Assembly: GCF_000743755.1 (NCBI RefSeq)
Contig: NW_014569545.1
Location: forward strand, 1-64,000
Origin: Blastocystis sp. subtype 4
Lineage: Eukaryota
Length of the DNA: 64,000 nucleotides
Direction of reading: 5' to 3'
A program made the translations under genes and the position numbers. Below, piece after piece: positions 51,298 through 64,000 of the stretch. The notes under the pieces are model-generated. The model was not told the origin of the DNA. It searched no databases and saw only the letters and a program-made list of their open reading frames with translations. Each line of letters begins with the position of its first letter. The first letter of the stretch is position 1.

Positions 51298-53661
51298 TTA
51301 CAAAGGATACAAATGTCCCATTGTGGGTTCATTTCTCTTGCGACTTCCAGGCTCACCCAAGTAGTCGTACAGTTCATCCTGAAGACCATTATTCTCAATA
51401 AACTTGTAATTCGTCTTCAACATCACAAAAGTATTTTCAGCCGCTTCATCTAACTGATTGTTTTGAGGTATGTGCAAAGTTCCATGTTCAGCAAATAGTT
51501 GTTCAACTGATGCCGAAGTCACCACATCCACAAATAAATCCTTGTAAACCTGATACAAAATAGGATACTTCCAAGAAGCACGATCAAAGTAAGTACGAAG
51601 AGGGAGATTCTCACGTTCAGAATAGCTCGTCATATAACGCAGAATCTCGTCACGAACAGCTTCCATCATATCAATTAATTCTTGCTCTTTACGTTCAGTA
51701 AAGAATGAACCGCAATCTGCTGAGAAAACGTGCTTCTTGATCACTTGATGAACAGAATCAACAAACGCTCGCACCTCAAGATTCGTTTCCGAGAGGTCTT
51801 CCTTCCATTGCATATCCCATTCGTCGTAGAGGAGAGTACGAATGGGAGATGGAATATCCAAATCACAAGCCAGACGATCCTTGAAACATTCAGTGAAAAC
51901 TGTTTGATTGACTAAGATCAAATTGGTGGATGAATAGAAGTCCTGAAGACTATGAATGATGGCGATAACATCCACAGGATTGGACGATTCCTGTTGGGAA
52001 TACACGATAGCTTGAACCAGAGGTAAGAGATAATGAAGCACTTTCTCGAGAACATCTCGATTGATGTTACGTAGACAATATATAAGCTTCTCATCATTAT
52101 CTGTAAGTGGTCCTCCTGAACCCATATCATCTTGAAGAGCTTTCAATGCAGGGAATAACGAATACACACGTTTCATAACAATCCAAGCAGAATACCAATG
52201 TCTCATATTGTAAGTGACAAGGAAACCTGTTTTAGCAAGTTGCCCCAAATGATCAAAGGACTGGTTAACATCATAAGCCGATTCATTCAATTGAAGTCCT
52301 TCTTTCACACCAATCAGTTCTTCTAAGGATGCTCCATCAATATAAAGATGATACTCATCTGATAACTTGTTCTCTACAATTAACTCTCTTCAGCATCATT
52401 ACCCAAATACTGCCAACACCATTCACTTCGGATTTGTAATTCTTCATAAGGATGAATCTCTCGTTTCTTAAGCAGATTCTCCACCAATTGAGGATTATTT
52501 AGAATCAGTTCATTTACTGTCTTTACCTAGGTATCATTCATCTGATATTCACTAACGTTCTCCCATAGAGTATTCAAATCAGGATCATTCTTCAATAGTT
52601 CTCTTAAAATAGCACTCAGAACATGAACTGCACTAATAACACCTTTGACAAAGTGATGAGTCTGAAGGTAGATCTTACGCTCCACGTTATGGATCATAGA
52701 ACAGTTGTCAATAGCGAAGGCTTTCACATTGATATGATCATGAACCAACTCCTGAATAGTTGATGAGAGGAGTAAAGCGAGATCCGAATCCACCCATTCC
52801 GAACACGTCACGCGACGAATCAGGTAAGTCTCCTTCAAAGTATTTGGTGTATGTGGGGAGTCAACATCAACAGTAACAAAGAGATTGTAGTAATTGTTCC
52901 GGTAGTGACTACACTCGTCCACCACGAGATATACATTTTGGTTACGAAGACGACTCTTGATAAAGGATAACACACGATCCGAAGTTCCAGGGAGCAATTC
53001 ATGAGCAAAACGACTCGGACTAACCACCGAAAAATCAGAGGATACTTGCTTCATAAACTCCTTAAAGTAAAAGCTGTTGAAAGACGAAAAGGCAATATTG
53101 CTTGAAACGATCCATAAGACAAAAGCATCTTGTCTTGAATTCTTTAGTAGCAAATCTAATTGCTCAGGTGGCTCACGGAGTGTTTCCTCCTTCTTCTCAA
53201 ATCCATTTCCCAGTGGTACATCGAGAATGGTAAGAGCTGTTGGATTAAGAACATTACTTACAGCAATTGGAATCTGTTTTTCATTATATTCCGTAACAAA
53301 CTATCATGAATCCCACTTTCAAGACGTACATCCAACACCTTTTGTCTATCCTTGCGAATATGCATGCGAAAGTGCTCTCCAAATTTCTTCTTCTCAGCAG
53401 AACGGATATTTCCACAGATGCCGCCTGAATTCAAATTCGAACCACAATCTTACACTCTGCAACAGCACGAACTCTTGTTGCTTCACGTTTCTTATCTCGG
53501 CGGGTTACAAAAACCTGAAGAATCCGCTCATTTGACAGATTATCAATATCAGGAACAATTAGACGCTGATAATTCTCCAAAACAAGCTCCTTCTGTTCAT
53601 CAGTTAGCGTAATGCCTTCTGCTTGAATAAACCTCTCGATTAGTTCCATCATGAAAAACAT
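51298..53661 (-). mobile_element. hAT-superfamily transposase-derived gene (likely domesticated, with introns)
   Basis: BED-like CxxC...HxxxH, FKEFM, VVDE, AIDN, SAVH, RHWYS, YPILY...TSASVEQLFA dimerization motif; 29-30 nt introns. Confidence 0.75.
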
Positions 53662-53853
53662 TATGAATTGTGTGTCGTAGTTGTCGTTTATACTTTTGTC
53701 AATTCTTAACGTATTGGATCGTTCCAGATCGGATTCAGCGGCATGTCACTTCGGTGGGTGTCGCAGCCACAAATGGAGTAATGGGCGTTTCGCCGAGACG
53801 CAACAGCCACATTCTGTTTAACTGCTCATTGAGCCAAACGTGTCTATTGTGTC

Positions 53854-55384
53854 ATGAGCGTTCTCGAAATTCGTCATGAAGTTGCCCCATGGCTAGATGA
53901 GAATGATAGAAAACTTGTGTGCATCGAGTTTTACTCCATATTGTATGACTCATTCCTCGAATATTATGTAGATCTGAAGAATGTGAAAATATGTCCATTC
54001 TGTTCAATAATCTGTCTCTCAGATATAGACAAGCTTTATTTCTGCGTATTGATGCTGATACGCATCCTCAGGAAAAGGTAATATATGGAATTTCGATTGT
54101 TCCAACATTTCTCTTTTATTACTATGGAAAGGAGCAAGAAAGAATAACAGGTTGTGACCAAGCATTATTGGAAGCGAAAATTGAACAATACACACAGATC
54201 AGTCAACGTTCAAATTACTTTTGCGATGAAGACGGGAATGTGGAGGAGCAGAGAGAAGACGAGCATATTGATACAACCATTTTTGACTTCTATGATTCAT
54301 CTACCAATTCGGTGGAGGAAATGAGTCCAATGACCTCTCAGTATTCTCACACTTCGGATCAAGACTATGTTCCTCCTACTCTTAGGAGTTCAATAAGTCC
54401 TGTTATACCTGTATCAGACATGCAGAATCAATATGTGACAACCATCCAGAAATCTCCAGAATTGGTGATGGAACCAGCAACAACTGTTCTGTCAACACCA
54501 TCACTTTCTCAACCAACACCAACATCTGGTGAGTCAGTACAAGGAACAGTATCTCAACCAAAACCAAAAACACATACTCACCTGGAACCCATTGAAGAAA
54601 TACTCCTTGATTTAGGCTTTTCCATCAGTACCATTAGTCAGGTTCTTCACAGGGTATATAAACAGAATGCTCTATCAGTAATTGGTCTAGCACTTACTAT
54701 TGAAAATGGGATTCAATACTATGACGATGTATCAGATTGGGAAATAGTTGTACTGTTTAACAGAATGGGTAATAGATAGAAACGGAAATTGTTGATGAAA
54801 CCACGCATCATAGTAAGTACCAAGAATGCCCGAGAAGATATCACAACCATTCAAGAAATGGAGAAGATGAAACGAGACAAAGAGAAAGCAAAACAAAATC
54901 GAAAACGAGTCATTCGACAATTCAATAAAAACTATCAGATTAAACAATTTGACCGGTATTATTCTAACGTTTCTCTAACAGATAGGCCGAATGGCACAAC
55001 AACTGTAGATAGGATCGTGATAATTGTTAATTCGATATATTCTCAAACTTTTGACGATATTGGGAAAATTGCATTAACTACTATCAGCAAGATTCTACGA
55101 GATACGGCCCTTGTGAGAGAGAACAGATTGAATGAGATGTAGCCTGATTCCAAATACAGATCCATCCGAAAGGACTCTGCAATTCTTGTAGAGAAAGTGG
55201 CTGAGGCTTCTGGAGCCATGATGTTGCTGGATGTAAGGAAAGAGAATTGAGTGTCAAATAGATTGCTGGATTTGAATTAATCGGAGATGACTATATAATG
55301 GTAGAACGAAACGATAGATTAGTAGAAGGAATCATTCAGACAATCGAGAACCGAATCCTTTCTGGATATTTCCTTGTTAAGTAG
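53854..55384 (+). CDS. Thioredoxin-like + UBA-like + PUB domain protein
   Basis: Trx fold (IEFY..., VPTFLFY...ERITG), LLDLGFS, ALTTISKIL...PDSKYRSIR. Confidence 0.65.
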
Positions 55385-55404
55385 CTTGTTTCTTGTCAAC
55401 AAAG

Positions 55405-56168
55405 TTAATATTCACTCATTGCTTGATCATCTACGAACCAAATCAATTCACCGTGTTGAGGCTGAACGCGGGCCGATGGAACCGCTGACTTTTTCTCACG
55501 AATCGATTTAATCATCGGAGCTTTATCCTTTCCAGTAGCTAGGAAGAAGACATGCTTGGCATGATTCAACACTGGAAGTGTCAGAGTGATTCGCTCTTTT
55601 GGAGGCTTCGGACTATCCAGAATATATGTTACGTTTTGGGACGTTACTTCGACCTCTTTATGATCAGGGAACAAAGAACACGTATGACCATCTGGACCCA
55701 TTCCAAGAATAATAATATCGAATACAGTATACCCATCTTCATGAGGAAGATACTGGAGTTCTCTTTCATAGTGATCTGCAATTGCCTTTGCTGAAATGCA
55801 TGACGGATCAATAGAATGGATAGAATCTCTTTGGATTCCTCTCTACATATGAAATCTTGTCCATTTCACAACTTCAACAAAGAACAACCGATTCCAAGCC
55901 CCGAAATTACTATCAGGATCATCTAAACTCACACAACGCTCATCTGAAAAATAGAAATCCACAAAAGACCAGTCGATCTTGGCCTTCATAAAGAATGGAG
56001 ATAATAACGCAGGTTGCGATGATCCTGATACAGCTATGCTAGTTTTCTTTCCTTTGGATCGGTTCTCCTCAACAATCTCCTCAACTTGCTTACACAACTC
56101 TCCTCCAATCTCTGATTTTCTTAACAATAATACAGTCAAGATCAACTGTACGTTGCAACAACAAACAT
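55405..56168 (-). CDS. 6-phosphogluconolactonase
   Basis: AVSGSS, SDERCV...DSN, LGMGPDGHTCSLFP, DSPKPPKERITLTLP. Confidence 0.93.
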
Positions 56169-56214
56169 TGGATAACAATCAACAAATAAATCTTTGAAGC
56201 ACAAAAATGGAAAA

Positions 56215-59077
56215 TTACTTGGTATCATCACTCTGGCCATAGTACTGGATTCTCTCTTCAGAAACACATTGGGCAACATCCTCATCTTCACTCTCACCTT
56301 CAGTATCCTCAATCAAATCGGGGTATATGAACTCATTACTGGGGCAAAACGAGTCTTCTGTGAAAGCATAAGGCATTACATGTGTGGAGAGAAACCGCTG
56401 CATTATTGGGCGAAGAGAGTCAGGGTAACGCTTGATGAAGTCTCGGAACTTGTCATTACTGACAACAATAGCACGATGTTCAATGGCATACTGAATAATG
56501 TAGGCATCTTCATAGTCAGGACAGGTATTTATAATGCGTTGACTAATCAGTGACTGAAGGTAAGGAATATCGTCTGGAGTCTAGAGATCAAGGATCCAAC
56601 CAAACTAGAACCATGCGTTTGTAGTAGGAAGGATTGATCTTTTTGATCCCGTCAACAAACTTACGATGCATGAATCCAATACATTTATGACCAATCCCCT
56701 GGAAATAGTCAAGAGCAAGACGAATCCCTCTACAGCAGTATCTCTGATTACCATAGTTAACAGCAATGTTGGAGATATCCAACACAATAATGAACTACGA
56801 TAAAAAAGGAGGAATGGGCGTTACACTGTTATTGATATTGGTTCGATTAACCTTCTGAAGTAGTCGAAATTCTTCTTTTGTTGGAGGCACATCTTCTAGA
56901 AGTGAATCAATGGAGTATCGTGTACTGCGAAAGTTTTGTGCTCTCCATACTGGCTTCCGAACGGATCTTTGTCGTTTACGCATTGCACGACGTCTCTGAC
57001 TCTTCTGAACAGCATGAAAGCTTCGAGGATTATTGTTCACACGCTCTAATTCCTCCTTATCCATGAAAATGTCATCAGCCATCAGACGCATATATTCATC
57101 GATCGAATCTGTATCGCTCTCATCTTGAAGAACAGACGATATTGTATCTTCTGTTGATGATGTCCATAGTGGAAGAAGAGAGACGATCGGAGCCAAGAGT
57201 TGATGAATGATCAGAGAAGGTGTCGTAGCCTCTTCAGTCAATGTATCCTACAGATCATTTGGTATCATCATCCAAACTCGAATGCTCTGTAGACACTGTA
57301 CACCCTGAAGATACGTCAGGACATATGGAACTGAAGCAGTATTATATCCAGAAAGGAACTTTACAGAAGACAGCGTTGGTTGCGCATCCCAATAATTGCA
57401 TGCATGACTAACGAAAGACTGAATCTCTTCAATTAGTTTGGTCGCATCTGCAAGAATTATTGGATTCATTGCTGCATAATGAAGTCCAACCGCAATTGGA
57501 AGAATGAAACGATCCGGTCTATGTCATAATTCAATTCATGTGATTACTGAGATCGGTATGCTTGGATGAATAACAAAATCAGGTGTTGAAGAAGCTGGAT
57601 ACTCCAGTAGATTGATTCATTTTCTATCCTCATACCAGAATAGAATTCGTACCTAGTCCAATCAGAAGATGCTTGCTCTCAACTTCACAACTATCCTGGT
57701 TCGTGATGAATGGATGAAGGCCATTCTCAACAGTCAAAATTCCAATCAAAATCATATAAACAAAGCTTGAAATACTGGAATCTCTATCCTCTTTCATCAT
57801 TGCAAGGAAATGCTGATCCAAATGTTCCAATAGGTACTCTGCATCACTGATTCCCACCTTCATTAGACAAATTTCCACAATATACAGAAGACAGTAGACA
57901 TACAGTCGAGTATTGAGTTTACTATGAACTTCCGAGACAGATTCCGGAGGAAGTCCTGAAATCAAGTCTGTACGCAAACGAATGTACTCTGAACGGTAAT
58001 AAGCAAGAATATGGCACAATTCCTGGTGAGCGATAGGACCTGCAGGATGCGCCGTATTCAGAGATGATAACAGATAGAAAACTGAAGCTAGTGGATTCTT
58101 GAGGAACCGCTCAAGACGTCCAATGAAGAATCGTGTGATTCCATTTGAAGGAAACATATGAAGAGCTTGCTGCGAGTAGTTAATGCGGTAATGAGAGATG
58201 ACTCCCTCTTCTATTTAGAACATATAAAGCTCATTACCTTGGGTTAAAACGAGTACGAGATTGTAGCATTCCAGAAGAATAAATAAGTCTCCGATAAGAT
58301 GGGTTGCCAACTCAGTTGAGTCATCAAGTGAATGAACATGAAACCCATCAAATCCAGTGAGATCAATATTGTATTTCAGCGCAAATGATGCAACCAGTTC
58401 CTTTACCTTAGTGATCTGGTTCTCAAGAAACTGACTCATGATATCAAGATTCGAAAGATCATTTTCATATCCCTTCACAGTATGTAGAATACCACAAAGC
58501 TAGATATCACTCAGAGTGTCAATATCTACGGCAACTAGATTCGAGTGAAGATATCCTGTTTCCATTTTCAGGTCATAAGCTAACTGAATATCCTCAAGAA
58601 CCATGCGTCGATACGATCCATGGATGATAGAACGGAGTTTAGAATACATCCGACTATCTTTCACACTGTCTCGATCTTCTATAATTCTCTTCGAAATTGA
58701 TAAATAGTCATAAATACAACTATCGAAATACTCTTGGATTGACTTCACAGACTTCGAATGAAACAATCCATAAAGCCAATACCTGTTTGTCACAAATAAT
58801 GTGTTGGATATTATAGGTACAGGGTTTTCTAGATACGGGTTCTTTGTAGTTGATTACCTGAATAAGCAAGTTAAAAAGCAAATCAAGGCTTTCACGTCTT
58901 TTTATTGCTATTCGTATCCTTGGATTCATCTAGGAGTAATATACACAACAACAAATGAGTACAAAAATATCTTAACAAGTATGTAGAGAGTGTGTATCGC
59001 TGACAAAACAATTCAAAACTGATGGTGGTGTCAAAGCGATGACAGGAAATTTCTGGGAAATTTCTGACCATCATCAT
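56215..59077 (-). CDS. Large protein with C-terminal NYN/PIN (Regnase/ZC3H12-like) RNase domain; N-terminal extent uncertain
   Basis: IVLDISNIA...GIRLALDYF...G, DYEDAYII.YA...IVVSNDKFRD. Confidence 0.7.
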
Positions 59078-59140
59078 AAAACTAGAATGCAAATAAGAGA
59101 TCAGTTAAACAAACAAGAGATAACATGATACAATAAAGTG

Positions 59141-59640
59141 TCACTGAGTTTTGTCTGATTCGGCTGGCTCTTCTTTCTACAACTCAAATACTGCATTCAG
59201 AACGCACCTTTTCTTCCGTTGCATTGTTTTTATTTAGTTCATCCATCAGATCAATCTGAGCCCAAACTACCAATCAAAATCAAACCCTGTACTATACTAG
59301 GCTTTGTAGAAATCAACTGCGCCTTCATCTGTTTAGAATAGCCCACATTAATCACTTTTCCAAAGAGTTCGGCATCTATTCATTCAGAAGCACTATACAC
59401 CAATTACTGTTCATATTATCACGAGCTTCAGCTGCATCATCAGCTTCTTCAAACTCAACAAAACCAAACCCCCTCTTCTTTCCAGTTCCTGCATCCAAAG
59501 GAATTGTTACCTCTTTCACTTCCCCAAATGGGATAAATGCAGCAAGCAAGATCTTCTCGTCCACTTCCTCATCTAAGCCTCCTAATCCATAAAACATAAC
59601 ATTTTGTCCTACCAACGTAGAGTGTTTTCCTGTTTGACAT
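59141..59640 (-). CDS. PPIE/Cyp33-type RRM protein without cyclophilin domain
   Basis: [25 protein letters not shown]...RGFGFVEFE...DNMN; TGA at 59141-59143, TGTTTGTT at 59108-59115. Confidence 0.85.
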
Positions 59641-59717
59641 GCTACTAAGGAGATAATCGATTTCAAGAAGAATTTCGCAGATGCGATAAGGTACGATACA
59701 ATTCGAACAAACAATTC

Positions 59718-61046
59718 CTAGTTATAATGTAACATATGGTTTGTATTTGTCTTTGACTTCAACCCACATTGAGACATAATACAATAAAGATACCCAACAG
59801 TCTACAAATCATAGGATAATTCGATCCCTACTGACAAAATGCCACCACTAATAATGATTCTATTCAAGATCCATAAGATGGTTCCTTCCTCTGCAATCAC
59901 AATTCCGCTGTAATCGACAACGAAATCCAGTCCGGGTGTATTGTCCAGATTCAAGAATGATAGAGGAACTTCTGTTACTCGATACACAGCACTACAGTGG
60001 ATCCACTTCTACAAACATACTCGTATGATTTGTGTGAAAGAGAAGTGGATACAAGACGAACATCCACATCATATATGTGGAAAGAAAATGACGATGGGAA
60101 GGAAGGAGAAGGAAGAGAATGACCATTCACTGAAAACTGGTTGAAAATGGGTTTAAGCTCCAGTCTCTGAAGTAAACTCTCCTCTTCAAAATCATCGCTG
60201 GTTACGAAGTACTTAAACCGAGAAGAAGAGACATGAATCACAAATTTAGACTATGAATAAAGAGTGGATCACATCAGTACTGTAGGAACTTTCATTTTCA
60301 TCTTTACAGCACAGTTTCGAGATCCATAGGTCTGGTTCAGATAATCTTCAACAGAATAGTCCTTACACTAGATTATACTCGCAAACCAGTTGTACAATGG
60401 AAAGTTGTTCGATTAGCTTCAGCGGCTTATAGCCCAGGGAATGATAGAGAAATACATAGTCGTTACAAGACGAACATTTCGGCTCAACTGAGGTAGTACT
60501 CAGGTTTTTGGGAACGATGCATTTGTGATTCTCGGGCTGTCTGTTGATGGTAGTCTACATGAGGAGAATCAAAAGAACCATACAATTATGTCATCAGAGA
60601 CCGTCAATAACCGATTCACATAGGAACTCGTTCTTTCAGATTTGGATCGAGCACCTATGTTTCCAAGAGTGATACTCAGAGAGTTATCGTCTAAACCATA
60701 TCCATAATAATCAGAAACAGAAATGTTAATAAACTCACAGGGAATACTAAAGAGTTAGAGCAATCAATCACAACAACTTTGTTGTATCGAATTCAAGAAT
60801 CATATCAATCGTATCTGGCATTGTTTGATCAAGTAGATATTGTTGAGTATTCTAAGCATGATAAAAACATTTCCCGGCTCACAGTTGGGAGGAAAATATT
60901 GCATAAAATAACACAGACAATAGCAACAATGGAAACTACATAATAACACCAACTTCCAGAAGGATACAGACAACTCCTGTTATAGATCTCTGTTGAAAAT
61001 AGGAATCTATAGTTGGGATAAAATCATATCGTTTCCAGAATCTCAT
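59718..61046 (-). CDS. ERGIC/Erv41-Erv46-like protein (divergent)
   Basis: KRYDFIP...TG, FDTTNIPCEFINISVSD, PGLDFVVDYS...GGILS; first-exon junction unresolved. Confidence 0.55.
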
Positions 61047-61100
61047 CTTTCCATTCAACGATAGAATGAACTCGAACAAACAACCATTCTAATGTGACAA

Positions 61101-62351
61101 CTAATGAGAAACAAGATTGTTTAATTGTTCTTTCACCTCTTCAAGATCCTTTTCAGAGTAATGAGAATGGAAAAACCCATATTCCTCTAAATAGGGCCAA
61201 CTGCTCTTTGGTACATGTTAAAGAAACGTAGTAAGACAAATGGATGGATATGTTCACAGGAAGCACAGCAAGTAAATATAATCAACGAACCGAAATCAAT
61301 TTCCGGATAATCAGTCTTTTCCTCCTGGTTCTGACCCAGAAGATAGATCAGTTGAGGCATGATCTGGAACTCAAACTTACGCTCTGCTCCACAGTATTCA
61401 CAACAAGGAACCTTATCGAGAGGAAGAACCGTTCCTCCGTTTGCCCAAAGAATGTCTTCATTGTGCCAGCGACTTAAACGTAATACTTGTGTATTGGCTC
61501 GCTCCATTACCTTGTTGAAGTGGAGACGAATAGGATCATCTTCAAGACGACCACCCAAGGCATTACGAATGTCCGTATCAGTGATATCTGCACATAAAGA
61601 AGACGAACAAATACCGACCTACAGGACCTTCAGCAACCTTGAATGCATTTAATCGCTTTCGCTCCGCTTCTTCAGATTCCAACTCTTCTTTGGTTGGTTC
61701 GGGCTCTGGGAAGATATCTACCTCCCAAAGAGGAAATTGGACACGAGGATACACCTTAGAGTCATCATACAACACAGAAAGAGATTGGTTTCCTTTTCCA
61801 CAATATTCTTTGTGATCGAAACTCCAGGCAGCCACCTGGTGATCACGACAACAATAATAGACATCACACTTTGAGCACTTAGAGGTGGCTTTCAAGCCAC
61901 AGACACTACATAAATGGATTCCATAGTGGAAGGGACTACACTTGCTTTCAGGATCAAAATAGTTGGGAATAAAACCATCATCAATGTTCTCAGGATAAAA
62001 GTTGTTTTGTTGCGGCAACTGACATCGAAGAACCTTCATTCTAGGAGTAATACACCATAAGAACAACTACGAGCCCTTTTCCAAACATTCTTGCGTTCTA
62101 CATACAAATACATAGATACAACGATGATAGAGATCCCTCCGATCATCGCAAGGATTATACAATTGCATCAAAAAGCACATCACCTTGCCACAACATTTGC
62201 AAGTAACATCTTTGGCTGACGGAATTTGATTTGGAATCAACCACCACGGCTTACCTCCAAACTTTGCCGAATCCCATATGGCCCAGTTTTCCTCCGGAGA
62301 TACAAGAAAGCCTAGTTCTACCTGTCCTGATCCTTTAAATGATAAAACCAT
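61101..62351 (-). CDS. PDCD2: Programmed cell death protein 2 (MYND finger + PDCD2_C)
   Basis: VELGF, KFGGKPWW, FLMQLY, RCQLP, MYND finger, FEFQIMPQL, DFGSLIIFTC. Confidence 0.92.
61211..61251 (-). other. AT-AC (U12-type) intron, 41 nt
   Basis: 5' ATATCC, branch TTCTTTAAC, 3' ATGTAC; restores SCEPKSSWPYLEEY. Confidence 0.7.
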
Positions 62352-62467
62352 TAGCGTGAGCTCTCTTATACAGTTGTTTCGCTAGATCCGAATACTCCAA
62401 AATGGAGAAACAAAGGCGATTTCCCTGTTTCGTTCCTTGTTCATTTTGGCTTAATAGCTGTTAAAAG

Positions 62468-64000
62468 ATGCTTACAAGAATTTCATCTCGTCTTGTTCGT
62501 GGTGTACCCTATACCACAGCCTTTGTTCGAGCATCCCAGCTAACAAGAAGTAGACCATGTAACTTTTGTGTAACTGTATAGCTATTAGCCCAGCTATGTT
62601 ACAAAATGCTCAGAATATCTATATTCAAGTAGAGTGGAGAGGATTTGTCATAATCGAATAGCAACGTACCTTTGGCAAGTTCTCGGATTTTACTTCAGCC
62701 TTTAAGGAAGAATATGCCAAGGCCAAGAAGGATGCTGCTGAAAAAGGATCCAAGAGTGAGAAGGCTGCTGAAGATGCTACAAAAGAGGAAACAGAGAAAG
62801 TGGCTGAGCAGACAACCGAACAAACTGCCGAACAAATCTCAAAGAAAGAGGCAGCAGAGAAAGCCACAAAGGAGGCGACTGAGAAAATGAAGGCCAAGAT
62901 GGATGAATCAACGCAGAAACTGAAAGAAGGTCTTAACGATGCAACTGCTGAGGCCAAAGAGCAATTGAAGGAACAAGGAAAGAAGCTAAGTTCCTTCTGG
63001 AGTGAATTTAGTTCTGAAGTGAGAGAGACTACGCGGGTTTGATATGCAGATGAAAACTCAATTGAATATTAAATCCACCAAGACTCCTGTCAAACCAAAG
63101 AAGACGAAAAAAGTAAAGAAGGTGAAGAAACAGACTGTGAACCCTACTGCTGCGACGGCTGCTGCAGAAGGAGAGAAGTCACAAGAAGGTGTTTCAGCTT
63201 CGGAAGAAGAGAAACACGAGACCAGTTCACCAGCTGTAGAAGAGGTGAAACCTGAGGTGTCGGATGCTTCCAAGTCCAGCGAGAATACAGAACCAAGTGA
63301 AAACTTTGAATCGGTAGAGTCTCTAGAAGCAGCAGAGGAAGAGGAAGAGGAAGAGCTGGATCCAATGAGTGATGAAGCTCTAGGAATCACTCCAGAGATG
63401 AGTGAAGAGGAGGCTGACGAGATCCGAAAGGAAGCAAAGCGCAAGCAGATCAAGAGTGAGAACTACGAGAAGAAGAAGGGTCAAGTACGTGAAACCTGGA
63501 AGAAGACGAAAGAAAGAGCGAAAGTACGTGTGCGTTCAATCACTTGGGACAGTGTGAAGCACTTCCTCAGAGATGGTTGGAATGATATTAAGGGAAGCAA
63601 TGAGAAACCTCATCGTGTGATGCTGGATGAGGAAGAAGTAGAGAAGCAACGACAGGAGATCCTGAAGGCTCGTGAAGAGGCAGAGAAACTCAAGGAAGAG
63701 CATGAGAAATCCGGTGAGCCTTTGAAAACAGAGCTGATGAATGTGGACAATACCAACAATTTATGGGCTCAAGTGGCTGATCTGCTGAAGGATGCTCCTC
63801 TGATCGAGTCCCTATTGGAGATGAGTAAGAAGGTGAAGGAAAGCAAGGTGGGTGAAACAGTAACATATGCTACTGAGGACTTCCGTGAGAAATGGGAGAC
63901 ATCCCAGCATCCTCTGGTGTACAAGATTTCTGCAGTATATGATGAGTTATTCTCGGAGAGTGATACAGCACGAGCAATTAAGGAGGTGCGTCGAACAGAT
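62468..64000 (+). CDS. TIM44: Mitochondrial import protein Tim44 (runs off window)
   Basis: Arg-rich presequence MLTRISSRLVR; REKWETSQHPLVYKI...LFSESDTARAIKEV. Confidence 0.8.

Noticed and set aside
60936..60967. GTATCCTT as a U12 donor in the ERGIC-like gene
   Set aside because: Only 29 nt to the next AG, no branch motif, and the junction frame is unresolved
1..64000. Alternative genetic code or mass pseudogenisation to explain fragmented ORFs
   Set aside because: Stops and frame changes fall inside ~30-nt GT-AG introns; spliced products use the standard code

Overview
Eukaryotic, very gene-dense nuclear DNA (about 40 protein genes, intergenic gaps often under 200 bp). Most genes are split by tiny GT-AG introns of about 30 nt, which is why the ORF track is fragmented. 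The intron size, the TGTTTGTT element just downstream of gene ends, and mitochondrion-related genes (Pam16, Tim44, CLU1, SDHAF2, oxoglutarate/malate carrier) point to the gut stramenopile Blastocystis (inference). Main signals: (1) several genes lack a usable genomic stop and appear to get UAA from polyadenylation, with an in-frame T lying exactly 4 nt before TGTTTGTT; (2) several 38-41 nt minor-spliceosome-like introns (AT-AC, one AT-AG) with a branch point only 5-6 nt from the 3' end; (3) an intronless bacterial YfeX-like DyP peroxidase carrying the host 3' signal; (4) an intron-containing hAT-transposase-derived gene; (5) a large protein with an EEARRA helical repeat and six GE[YF]DP-like motifs; (6) recurring TCCCGYG and TGACA motifs in short divergent promoters. 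Gene models were assembled by eye, so spans include introns and some ends are approximate.
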